Shown here one piece after another: positions 12,031-24,826 of a stretch of DNA of 64,000 bases. Made by a program: the position numbers and the translations under genes. The stretch is taken from NCBI RefSeq assembly GCF_044704955.1, contig NC_091989.1:85498001-85562000 (forward strand), read 5' to 3'. The notes below the pieces were generated by a model. That model ran no database searches, was not told where the DNA came from, and saw only the letters and a list, made by a program, of their open reading frames with translations. This stretch comes from Pristiophorus japonicus (taxonomy: Eukaryota). The stretch's first letter is position 1; the number at the start of each line of letters is the position of its first letter.

Positions 12031-13814
12031 TATGAAATAATCAGAAAGGATAAGTGGTTGTACTAATCTGAGGTAACAGAATGGCAGTCTTAAAAATTGA
12101 CGCAACTACATTCAGGAACAGAATCCACATGGATTAAAGTAACAGATAACAGGAGATTGATCAAGCTAAATGAGCTATAACACAGACAGCTTAATGGTGG
12201 AAAGGGTTTGCAGGGAGAACTATACAATTAAATATTTGAAATGACAAAATGACATGAAATAATAAACTCCGGTGGTTTTAACAAAGCCCTACTAACTACT
12301 TAGAAGTGGTTTTGAAAAGCGTGAATGGACTAGAGTATTTTTTTTAAAGTGGACTGGATATCACGATCAGCACGATGGCATAATCTAATTCCCGAACTTG
12401 TGATCTGTCAACTTAAGAATGCACAGTGGCTTCGTTCCTGATTGAAATCAACGTGCTGTCTAAAAGGTGGACTAATTTTCCATCTACTCTGAAGAAATTA
12501 CACTTTCAATGTTTAAGTATTTTGCAAGCAGGCACACAAAGTTGTTGCAGAGTGTAAGGGGGCTGGATTATTTTTTTTTAAATTGGGAAGCGAAGTTCTA
12601 ACGAACAAAACAACATCGATTGCATATTGTATATCGATAGGCTATATATCCTGCAATGATATGGTTTAAAATCAGCAAGTTCCAGTTTAAACATTTTGGA
12701 GGTTTCTAGTTTTGTTTTGATTACATCATGAGGTTTATTTTTTATCTTTGTTGGTTCCAAACGTGTGTCACTAGTTGTAGTTACTGTGGAAATTGAGCTA
12801 AATATTTTGCAGCATATATGCTACGGAGGACAGTGAATATCTCTACTTCTACATTAACATAACCACATCACAGAATGATCTCGAGTCACAGCATGGACAT
12901 TTGTCCTATTTCTGTTCAAGAGTGAACCATGATGATTAATGCAGTTCGAGATGAAGTTGCTTTTTCAGTGAGTGTACAAATCTTTGTTTCAGAAGGCGTT
13001 ACAGTATGACACTCCAGTAAATGTCAGGCCGCCACAGTGCTGAGATAGGCACTAGCAATGATTATTCCAGCCACTTTGTTCAGTGCTGTAGATCAAATGA
13101 ATGCTATAGTACTTGTTCAGTTCTGCAAACAAAGTCAATTGATAGCTGCATCTAAGCACAGACACGCAGCATTAAATCTGGCGAGACATGGGAGAATAGC
13201 TTTTCGAGCAGGATGCAGGAGTTAAACGAACCACTGCACCACATTATCCCAGGTTCGCAAACCAGAGTGCTGCACTATCGGGCACACCACAGTGTTTTAA
13301 AGGAAGTCTGCACAGTGATGATGACTGAAGCTAGTTGTGGTTTCTTTGCGATGTTGGTGATGTACTCCTTACATTTGCTAACAACTATAAATTCAGGCCC
13401 ATTGTGTGCAGGACACATTTCTTTAACTGTGTGTAAAAAGCCAACCGAGAGTGGGAGCAGTTCTTTCTCCAGTAACATGAATTGCACCTGAACTGATGAG
13501 ATAAATAATGATAAATTCAAATCAAGGCAATTGCGATCATAACATATTGACCTGAAATTTAACATCATTTGGCCTATAAAAGTGAACATAACTTCAAGAT
13601 GTAGCACATTCACAGGCTAAAGTGGAACTCCAGAAGTGGCAGGCTGTCATTCCCTGTTTCTTCACAGGCTGAGCTTTGCTCCGCCTGCAATACAGAGCCA
13701 GCAGTCTGTTAAATCACAGAAAGTGATGAAGATGCTGGCTCTTCCGCAGTAATTAAATAACCAACTCTATTAGATTAGGTGTAACTGGGGTGTTAACAGC
13801 GTGTTGCTTTGGAT

Positions 13815-14280
13815 ACTGTAGCATAGTATTTACGTTACTAGACCTAATCTAATAATCTACAGACCTGGATTGATTATCCAGAGAACTGAATTCATAATCC
13901 CCCCACAGTAGCTGGTGAATTTGAATTCAATTAGTTAAATCAATCTGGAATAGAAAAAGCCAGTTTCGTTAGTGGTGGCCGTGAAACCACCACATTTCTT
14001 AATAACCTATCTTGTTCATTAATGCCCTGTATGTATGGAAATCCTTACCTGGTCTGGATTACATTTAAATCCAGACCCACAGTAATGTGGTTTATCTTTG
14101 GTGCCCTCTGAAAAGACTTAGCAGGCTATTCAGATGTACTGCTACAGCAAAGTTACTGTGGGGATACCTTTGCAACATGGATTTCAGCTTTTCAAAATGG
14201 CTGCTCACCACCACCTTCTTAAGGACAATTAAGGATGGACAATAAATACGTGTCTTGCTGGCAACACTGACACTGCATCA
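13815..14280 (+). mobile_element. tRNA-derived shark-type SINE with LINE-derived 3' end
   Basis: Decayed A/B-box-like head, central tccttacctggtctgg...ccagacccacagtaatgtgg, and tail ctcaccaccaccttct...caattaaggatggacaataaat, recognised as a common elasmobranch SINE. Confidence 0.6.
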
Positions 14281-16395
14281 TTTGTCTTCCCAAAGAAAGT
14301 GCGTATTGTTTGAACGTGACACTAAAGGAGGAAAGGGAAGTAAGGACAGGATAGCCATATATAGGTAAGATATATTTAAAGCATACACATTACTACAGTT
14401 GCCAAGTAACTTGGGCCAGATTTAAGTCATGCTACGTTGATGAAGGACGTCAATATAGAAGTAGCAGAGACATTGGTCACAATCTTTCAAACATCATTAG
14501 AAAGCTGGTAATGTGATAACATTATTCAAGAAAGGGAAGAGGGCTAACCAGGAAACTACTGGTCAGTCAACTTTCAAGCTACCTTATCAACAGATTGGTG
14601 AGTCTGTAGATGTTTGTTTACCTCCCCTGCATGATTCAGATGTCTTGTCTAGTGACCAGCCTACCAAATATAATTTTGCTTCATTATTCAGTAAAGGCAA
14701 TTCACAGACAACTCTAAGCGAAACCAACCAATAACCTATTCTTAACATCACTTTCTAACTTTACCTAGACTGTACATTCATACCAGCTAGATATATTTGG
14801 TCAATCGTGCCCAGATTATTCATATTAGTCTTGGGTGTACCCGCACATCTTTCCCTAACCTATTGAGTTTGGGTTCCATAATTAGTTGACGGTTGACCGA
14901 TTTAGTGGTGTCATTTTTCTGTTTCTATTTTTTGCCCTCAGTCTTGTCACCTCATCAAATTTATACATCTTAATCATGCATGAGACATGGAGGATTCATA
15001 CTGTCCAATAAACTAAAAATAAATTCCCCAGACACATGACTTAAAAGTTCCCAGGTTGGTCCAAAGTAATATTTATACTTTTGTTTAATTTATTGAAACT
15101 CTTCTTAGCCCTTACTTTGAAAACCTGCACACTATTGTTCATGAGTCCTTTTAAGCATTACAATTTTGTTCAATTCCGAACAGCAATCCAGTCTGCAAGA
15201 TGAAAGATGTTAGTTAAATGCATATAAATCTCCCTCGTGCAACACCAGCAACAGGTTCAGCCGTAACTGATATTATTGAACCAACAATACTTTTCAATGT
15301 TCAGATTAATATCCAAACAAATAAAGTTGCACACCAATGGGCAGGAACCGCCATACTGGGCTTTCTATATCTTAATTAACCATTGAACTAAATGTTACCT
15401 TTTCGATTGCATGAACAGAAACTCATATCAATATATCTTACCAATTTTTTTTCAAAAATAATGTCCGGTTACGGAGGTTCTACAATAGAAACAAGAGGAA
15501 ACTTCAAATTTCTCGCAAATGACGCATTCTAACACGGAAGATGAGAAATGAACCTAAATGTTTCAACACCGATGATTTGAGAGACAAAGTCTTAGTCCAC
15601 TTTGTCACCATTTAGTTGCACATGGGGAAGATAATCTGATGACTGCAGAATTCTTCTTAATTTTTCAACACCACTAGATTTCCTCTTTGCAACAACACCT
15701 TTGCAACTTAGGATGCTTAATAATTTTGTGAAGTTACCTTCATTTAAAATCAATATTTTCATTATTCTGTGACATCAACGTTGATTTGCCCCAGAATGCA
15801 TGGTCAAATATTAACAGAAACAGTGAGTCTATTGTAGTTCTTCTTGCGATAAATGAATAGATTAATTGTAAAGAGAGGCAAAACACATCTCGCTACCTGT
15901 TAATTATTCTGCAGCGGATCAGAAGGGATAGCTGCAGAATCACGCAGGTTACCCGTAAGCTTAAATAAGCTTTGCCGAAATGGAACATTTCAACATCCTT
16001 TTATCTAGGTTTAAGTTTAAATGTGTTTTACAATTAAAATAAGATTTTGACCTTGTCCAATGGAGCACATGCTCTACTAATAAATATTATATAGTGAGTA
16101 TAAATGCATATCAAACTATACTGCCTGGTGTGTTTAATCTAACAAGGGCCAGAATAGTATAGGTTGTTTCTATTCCTCCGAAATCAGGTAATATATTGCG
16201 TCTAAAAAGTTACTACTGATCAAAAAGAGGAGAGCGTAACAGGAGAAAGAATAGGCCTGAAAAAGCAAGGGGTTGGGGAAACATTTGATGGAAAGATGAA
16301 ATGTAGTTATTGGTGAAGAGGAGAAAGATTTCAATATTATCAGAATTTCTCGCACAGTGATTAAATAGGTCCATAATGCTCATATAGATTATAAC

Positions 16396-19300
16396 TGTTT
16401 TATATGTAAACTTGTATATACACTGTACAGTCACCAGAGGGCTCATCACCTGGAGTCCCAAGAGATCCCATCATGCCTTGGGAGCAAAGCTATTTAAGGA
16501 GCACTCACAGGTTGGAGAGGCAATCTGGAGACCTGCAATAACAGTCTAAGATCACAATTTACTTTCAGCTCACAGTATTGACTCTTACTTCATACATAAC
16601 AACTGGCGACGAGATACTGATAGTGAACCCAAAGATGCAGAGAACCGTGAGTTTCCTGCAGAAATTCTCGGTGGGAGATGATTGGGAAACATTTGTGGAG
16701 CGACTCGACCAATACTTCATAGCCAACAAGCTGGATGGAGAAGAGAACACTGCCCAATGAAGGGCGATTCTCCACACTGTCTGCGGGGCACCAACGTATG
16801 GCCTCATGAAAAATCAGCTTGCTCCAGCGAAACCTAGGTTAAATCATACGATGATTTGTGCACACTGGTCCGGGAACATTTCAATCTGAAGGAAAGTGTT
16901 CTGATGGCGAGATACCAGTTCTACACCTATAAAAGTTCTGAAGGCCAGGAAGTGGCGAGTTATGTCGATGAGCTAAGAAGTCTTGCAGGACATTGCAAAT
17001 TTGAAAGAAATTTGCAGCACATGGTCTGAGACTGTTTCGTACTTGGCATTGGCCATGAAACTATGCATCCTAAACTTTTGACTTCGCAAATCCCAACCTT
17101 GAATAAGGCCATAGCGAGAGCCCAGGCCTTCATTGCCACCAGTGACAATATTAAACAAATCTCTCAGCACACAAGTGCTGTTACAATTACTGTGAAGAAA
17201 GTGATGTTGTTTTCAAATCGCAACATACAAGGCAGTTTACACATGCCTGCAGCTGCACGTCCACAGATATCTCGGAGTCCACCATCAAGGATGATGAATG
17301 CAATAACACCTTTTTGGCGCTGCAATTCATGCTGCTTCAAAGGGTACGTTTGCAAGGGCATAGTAACAAAGTGACACCTCTAATGTATGTGCAGGCGAGC
17401 TGAAAATTCTGTTAATCCTGCAAAGCACGACGTTGCAGATGGGGACAGATCCATGGTGGAGCACGCCGAACCAGATCCTCAGACCGAGGAGGCAGAGGTA
17501 CATGAGGTGCATACATTTACCACAACGTTTACCCCGATAATGCTGAACGTTGAACTAAATGGACTCGTGGTTTCAATGGAGTTCGATACGGGCGCAAGCC
17601 AGTCCATCATGAGCAAAAAGACTTTCGAAAAACTGTGGTGCAGCAAGTCCTCAAGGCTAGTCTTAACTCCGATTTGCCTGAAACTAAGAACTTGTACAAA
17701 GGAACTGATTCTCGTAATCGGCAGTGCTATTGTAAAGATCCCATATGAAGCACCGGTGCACAAGCTGCCACTCTGGATGGTACTGGGCGATGGTCCCACA
17801 CTCCCTTGCAGGAGCTGGCTGGGAAAAATATGCTGGAACTGGGGAAGACGTCCGAGCACTATCGCCCGCTGACAACACTTCATGTGCCCTGGTCTTAAAC
17901 AAGTTACCTTCGCTGTTCGAACCAGGCATCTGGAAATTGCAAGGCGCAAAAGTGTATATCCACCTAATTCTGGGTGAACAACCCATTCATCACAAGGCGA
18001 GAGCAATATTGTACATAATGAGAGAAAGGGTAAAGATCGAAATGGAATGGCTGGAAAGAGAAGCCATCATTTCACCGATCGAATTCAATGAGTGTGCCAG
18101 TCCAATTGTCCCAGTCCTCAAGGGGGATAGTGCCATCAGAATCTGTGATGATTACAAAGTAACTATCAATCGTTTCTCCCTGCAGGACCAATAGACACTA
18201 CCAAAGTCGGCCAAAATCTTTGCAACGCTGGCTGTAGGAAAGACGTTCACGAAGCTGGATTTGACTGCAGCCAACATGAAAAAGGATTTGGAGGAATCAT
18301 GGAAGGGCCTCAGCTGCATCAAGACGCACAAAGTTCTCTTCATTTATAACAGACGCCTGTTTGGAACTCGATCAGTGGTGGCGATATTCCAGGGAAACAT
18401 GGAAAACTTAGTGAAGTCGGTCCCGCGCACTGTGGTCTTCCAGGACGACATCTTGGTTAAAGATTGGGACACAGTCGACCATCTGCAGAACCTGGAGGAG
18501 GTTCATAGTCGACTCAATCGCGTGGGGCTCAGGTTAAAATGCTCAAAGTGCATTTTCCTGGTGCCTGAAGTGGATTTCCTGGGGAGGAGGATCACGGCGG
18601 ACGGCGCAGGCCCAACAATTCGAAGACTGAGGCAATTAAGAATGTACCAAGGCCACCGAATGTGATGGAACTGCGGTAGATTCTAGGACTCCTGAACTAC
18701 TTTTGTAACTTCTTAACGGGTCTCTGCATACAGTTAGAACCACTGCATGCCTTAGTCGGTAAAGAGGATGAATGGGTATGGGGCAAACGCCAAGAAAATG
18801 TCTTTGTAAAAGCTAGAAAATTGTTATGCTCAAACAAATTGCTTGTGTTGTATGATCCATGTAAGCGTCTGGTATTAGCATGTGATATGGCGTCGGTTGT
18901 GTATTGCAACAAGCTACTGATTTTGGGAAATTGCAAACGGTTGCTTATGCATCCAGGAGTCTTTCTAAGGCTGAGAGAACCTGCAGCTTATTTGAAAAAG
19001 AAACGTTAGCGTGTCTATGGGGTAAAGAAAATGCATCAATATCTGTTTGGGCTAAAAATCGAATTGGAAACTGATCATAAGCCACTTATATCCCAGTTCT
19101 CCGAGAGAAAAAACCGATAAATACTAATGTATCGGCCCGCATCCAGAGATGGGCGCTCACGTTGTCCACACACAACTATGCCACCTGCCACAGGTCAGGC
19201 ACAGAAAACTGCGCTAAAGCTCTCAGTAGGCTGCCATTGCCCACCATGATTTAGTCATGGTTATGGAAGAACTTGAGAGTGAGCAATCACCTGACACAGC

Positions 19301-20903
19301 CCAGCAGATTAAAACCAGGACGTGCCAGAACACCCTATTGCCCCTGGTCAAAAACATTGTGTTTCACAGGAGCTGGTCCAGTGGCCCAGTGGAAATGCAG
19401 GAAGAGATAAAGCAGTTCCAGCGGCGCAAAGATGAAATGTCCATACAGGCAGACTGCCTTCCGTGAGTTAATCGGATAGTGGTTCCCAAGAAGGGCAGAG
19501 ACACCTTCATCAGTGAGCTCCACAGAACCCAACCAGGCATCGTAATGATGAAAGCGATAGCCAGGTCCCACGTGTGATAGCCCGGTGTCGATGTGTACTT
19601 AGAGTCCTGCGTGCACAGATGTAACACATGCTAGCAGCAAACCAAATTACCCAGGAACGCACCACTAAGCTTATGGTTTTGGCCCTCCAAACCATGGTCT
19701 AGGATCCATGTCGACTATGCAGGCCCATTCTTGTGTAAACTGTTCCTTCTGGTTGTGGATGCATACTCCAATTAGATTGAATGTGAAATAATGTCAGCAA
19801 TCACGTCCGCTGCCACCACTAAAAGCCTGCGGGTCATGTTTGCCACGCAAGGCCTGCACAATGACCTGGTGAGCGAAAACGGGCCATGTTTTACCAGTGC
19901 TGAATTCAAGGAATTAATGACCCGTAATGGGATCAAACATGTTACATCTGCCCCGTTTAAACCAGCATCCAATGGTCAGGCAGAGAGGGCAGTGCAAACC
20001 ATCAAGCAGGGCTTGAAGAGGGTAATGGAAGGCTCCTTGCAGACTGCCTATCCGGAGTCCTGCTTCGCGACTGCACGAGGCCCCATTCACTCACTGGTAT
20101 CCCACCTGTTAAGCTGCTGATGAAAAGAGTACTTAAGACAATGCTCTCGTTAGTTCATCCCGATCTACAGGAACAGGTAGAGTGCAGGCGGTTCCAACAA
20201 TGTCAATACCATGCTAGCGCAAATGTGTCATGTGAGATTTAAATCAACGGTCCTGTATATGTATTCAATTATGGACAAGGTCCCAAGTGGCTTCCTAACA
20301 CTGTTGTGGCCAAAGAGAGGAGTAGGATGTTTAGGGTCAAACTTTCAAATGGACTCATTCACCGGAAACACTTGGACCAAATCAAACTCAGATTCACGGA
20401 TTATCCTCTGCAACCCATTTTCGACCCTAGCTTCTTTGACCCACCAACACACAAACCAATGGCAACCGATATAGCGGTTGAACATGAAGCAGAACCCATC
20501 ATCCACAACAGCCCAGCAGGACTCACCACACCAGGAAGCCCAGCATGGCCAGCTGCACAGCAGCTCAGCGAAGGTCCCACAGATGATTTACCAATAACAG
20601 AATTTGTCCCAAGATGATCCACCTGGGCAAGAAGGGACCCAGACCGACTCATCCTGTAAATAGTTATACTGTTGACTTTGTGGGGCAGTGTTGTTATATA
20701 TGTAAACTTGTATATACTCTGTACAGCCACCAGAAGGCTCATCCCCTGGAATCCAAAGGGATACCATAATCCCTTGGGAGCACATGTATTTAAGGAGGCC
20801 TCACAGGTTGTAGAGGCACTCAGGAGACCTGCAATAAAAGACTAAGGTCACACTTTACTTTGAGCTCACAGTATTTAGTCTGACTCTTTCTTCATACATA
20901 ACA
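16396..20903 (+). mobile_element. Full-length Ty3/Gypsy (Mag-like) LTR retrotransposon, decayed
   Basis: LTRs 16396-16601 and 20692-20903 (TG...CA), perfect 5-bp TSD ATAAC (16391-95 / 20904-08), PBS tggcgacgag at 16604, purine tract before the 3' LTR. Confidence 0.95.
16635..20659 (+). pseudogene. Disrupted gag-pol of Gypsy element 1
   Basis: Gag DWETFVERLDQYF, protease MEFDTGASQS, RT VVFQDD, RNase H LVLACD, integrase SENGPCFTS...PASNGQAERAV. Many stops and frameshifts. Confidence 0.92.
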
Positions 20904-21104
20904 ATAACAGTGCCTAAAACTTGTTCAATGCTGAATGCTCATCGGATATTGCGACACAGTTGTAGGTATCGATAATATAATTTGACATTTGAGAGCTGAT
21001 TGTGAAAACATGTTTTGTATCTCCTCCTATAACAAATACATGCGACACAAAAAATGTAACGTTTCATTTTGAATATCACTCCATGTGTTTTTCTATCTCT
21101 TAAT

Positions 21105-21111
21105 CAATCTA

Positions 21112-21142
<31 letters not shown>

Positions 21143-21250
21143 CTCTATTTATCTATCTATCTATCTCTAAATCTATCTATTTTTCTCAATCTTTTTTTCT
21201 ATCTGTCTATCTGACTGTCTGTCTGTCTGCCTGTCTATCTATCTAAACAT
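21105..21250. repeat. (TCTA)n/(TCTG)n compound microsatellite
   Basis: Direct reading. Confidence 0.9.
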
Positions 21251-21804
21251 CTATTTCTAATTTATATTTCTTTCTAATTATCTTCTGAACCTTATTATTC
21301 TCAAACCGCTTGATCATTCCCCTAATAAAGGGATAACTGTTAAAATATTAGTTCTGACCTAGCAGGCAACAGGCTGTTAATGCACATTTGCTTAGAATCG
21401 GATACTGGGTTTGAGGTTTCTATTCCTTTGCACATAAATTATATTTTGAACTAAATTGGCAGTGGTGTTGAACGGATTTTCTTCTTAATTTTTGTTAAAA
21501 AATCTAACAAAAATGCTCTCCCTTTTTTTAATAATAAGTTGTGACCAGACCAAATCAAAATTGATCTACTGACTTCGCCTAGCTGCATCCTCAAATATTT
21601 TACAAATATATTTGCCTGCTCGGAATTTCTAGCAAAATTATAGATGTATTCATCAGAGGGCATGTACAAGTTAGTAGATATGAAAAGCGGATATGTTGAT
21701 GAATATATGTTTAATACTGCTTTTACGGATCGACCAATGTGATAGCTATCAACGAGCTCGATTAGTCAATAAAACACTCCTTTCCAAACATCAAAAGGCT
21801 ACAG

Positions 21805-21935
21805 TAACTGCAAATCTGAAAACAAAACAGTAAATTTAGGAAACGCTCGACAGGTGAGTCTGCATGTGCGGAGATGGGAAGATCATAGTCCTGAAAAGTT
21901 AATCACACTTTCCTCTCTCCACAGATGCTGCCTAA
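21805..21935. repeat. Short inverted (fold-back) remnant of the Penelope terminal repeat
   Basis: Forward ctgcaaatctgaaaacaaaacag... followed by the reverse-complement arm cctgaaaagttaa...ctctccacagatgctgcct of the repeat at 6055/8910. Confidence 0.55.
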
Positions 21936-22129
21936 TACATTACTTTTTTTAAAAAAAGAATCTTCGAATTTTAAGAAAACATAAAGTATTTCCATGCAAA
22001 ATTACTGTTTCAACAAGCTTATATCGACAGTTTCAAATATGTTTCAAGCCATTAAATATTGTGTCCTTCATCGTTCTGCTTTCTTTATCAACATTGTGGT
22101 ACCAATAATCCGGAGAAGAATTATATACA

Positions 22130-22880
22130 ACAGGGTATAATTCTTAATGCTGTGCATGGACCGAGAGACCTAGGGGTGTATGTCCACTAATCGTTGATGG
22201 TGGTAAGACAGATTGAGAAAGCAGTTTGAAAAGGCATAGTGGATCCTGGTCTTCGTGAATAGAAGTATGGAGTAAACATCCATAGAAATTATGATGAACT
22301 TCTATAGAGCACTGGTTCACCTCAACTTGAGTATTGTGTCCAATTTTGGGCAGAACTCTTTGGGAACAATGTGAATGCCTCAGAGTAGCTGCAGAAAATA
22401 TTTACAAGAATGTTTCCAGGGATGAGGGTCTTCAGTTGCGTGGATAGACTGGAGATGCTGGGTTTGTTCTCCGTAGAGCTGACAATGTTGCTAGAAGATT
22501 TGATGGAGTGTTTCAAGACCACGATGGGTCTGGATAAAGTAGATAGCGATAATCTCTTACCACTGTTGGAAGCGAAGAGAACCAGAGGATGTAGATTTAA
22601 GGCGATTTGCAAAATAATCAAATGCGTCAGAAGGAAAAAACTATTTTTCATGCAGTGAGTAGTTATGATCTACAATGAACTGCCTGAACGGATGGTGGTG
22701 GCAGTTTTAATCACTGCTTTCAAAAAGGAATTTGATAAGTAACTGAAAGGGAAAAAAATGCATTGGTACGGGGAAATGGCAGAGAAATGGCACTGGCTCT
22801 GCTGCTCGAACAGAGAGCCGGCACAGGCTCGATGGGCTGTAGTCCTTCATCCATTTTGCAACTATTCTATGATTCTAACA
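22130..22880 (+). mobile_element. CR1 3' fragment (older subfamily)
   Basis: RDLGVYVH, QLEYCVQFW, RLEMLGLFS, RTRG motifs; tail attctatgattcta. Confidence 0.8.
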
Positions 22881-24826
22881 CGAAACGATAGATTAAATTG
22901 GTGGGACACTGTAAACGTTTTCGAGAGAAAGGTTAATACCTGTTCATTTCCTAATCATTTACTTCATGACAATATCACACAGATCTTAAGGGGAAGTCAT
23001 GTTTGACAAATTTTCTGGAATTCTTTGTGGATGTAATGAACAGGCTGGGGAACAAGTGAATGTGTTGTATTTGGACATCCAGAAAGCATTTGACAAGGTG
23101 CCACATAAAAAAGAACTGCACAAGATTGATGGTATTATATTAGTATGGATAGATGTCTGGCTAACTAACAGAAAACAGAAAATCGGGATAAATTCTCGGT
23201 TTGGAAATGAATAGCTAGTGGGGTGCCACGTGAATCAATGATGGGACCCCAGCTATTTACAATTTATATTAGCGAATTGGAAGAAGGGACCGAGTGTAAC
23301 GCAGCCAAGTTTTCTGAAAATACAAAGATGGGAGGAAAAACAATAGAAGCATAGAAAATAGTTGCAGGAGTAGGCCATTCAGGCCTTCGAGCCTGATCCA
23401 CCATGCAATAAGGTCATGGATGATCATTGACCTCAGTATCCCTTTCCTGCTTTCTCTCCATTCCACTCGATCCCTTTAGCTGCCAGGGCCATATCTAACT
23501 CCCTCTTGAATATATCTAACGAACTGGCATCAAAAACTGCGGTAGAGAATTCCACAGGTTCACAACTCTCTGAGTGAAGAAGTTTTTCCTATTCTCGGTC
23601 CTAACTGGGTCAGCACTTTTCCGTAGACTCTGATCCCTAGTTCTGGACTTCCCCAACATCGGGAACATTCTTCCTGCATCTAACCTGTCCAGTCCCGTCA
23701 GAATTTTATATGTTTCTATGCGATCCCCTCTCTTTCTTCTAAACGCCAGTGAATACAGGCCTAGTCGATGCAGTCTCTCCTCATATGACTGTCTTGCAAT
23801 CCCGGGAATCAGTCTGGTGAACATTCGCAACTCTCCCTCAATAGCAAGAACGTCCTTCCTCAGATTAGGAGACCAAAATTGAACATAATATTCCAGGTGA
23901 GGCCGCATCAAGGTGCTGTACACCTGCAGTACGACGTCCCTTACCTTATACTCAAATCCCCTAGCTATCAAGGCCAACATACCAATTGCCTTATTCAACA
24001 CCTGCTGCACCTGCATGCCAACCTTCAAAGACTGATGTACCATGACACCCAGGTCTCGTTACACCTCCCGTTTTCCTAATCTGCCGCAATTTAGATAATA
24101 TTCTGCCTTCATGTTTTTGACCCCAAAGTGGATAACCTCATATCTATCCACATTGTGTTGCATCTGCCATTTGTTTTCCCACTTACCTAACCTGTACAAG
24201 TCACCCTGCATCCTCTTAGCTTCCTCCTCACAGCTCACCCCGCCACCCAGCTTAGTGTCATCTGCAAACGTGGATATATTACACTCAATTCCTTCATTTA
24301 AATCATTGATGTATATTGTAAATGGCTCGGATCCCTGAGCCCTGCGGCACATCAGTAGTCACTGCCTGCCATTCTGAAAAGAATCCGTTTATCCCAACTC
24401 TCTGCTTCCTGTCTGCCAACCAGTTCTCTATCCACGACAATACATTACCCCCAAAACCATGTTCTTTAATTTTGCACAAAAATCACTTTTATGGGACCTT
24501 GTCAAAAGCCTTTTGAAAGTCCACATACACCACATCCACTGGTTCTCCCTTGTCCACTCGACCAGTTATATCCTCACTAAATCCAGAAGATTTGTCAAGT
24601 TGATTTCCCTTTCATAAATCCATGCTGACTTGCACCGATCCTGACAATGCTTCGCTAATGCGCTGCTCTTTCATCTTTAATAATTGATTCCAACATTTTC
24701 GCCACTACCGATGTCAAGCTAGCCGGTCTATAATTCCCGTTTTCTCTCTCCCTCCTTTTTTAAAAAGTGGTGTTACATTAGCTACACTCCAGTCGAGAGG
24801 AACTAATCCAGAATCGATAGACTTTT

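Noticed and set aside
12800-13750. ORFs 13213-13491 and 13275-13613 and an acceptor near 13667
   Set aside because: No recognisable domain or consistent exon chain.
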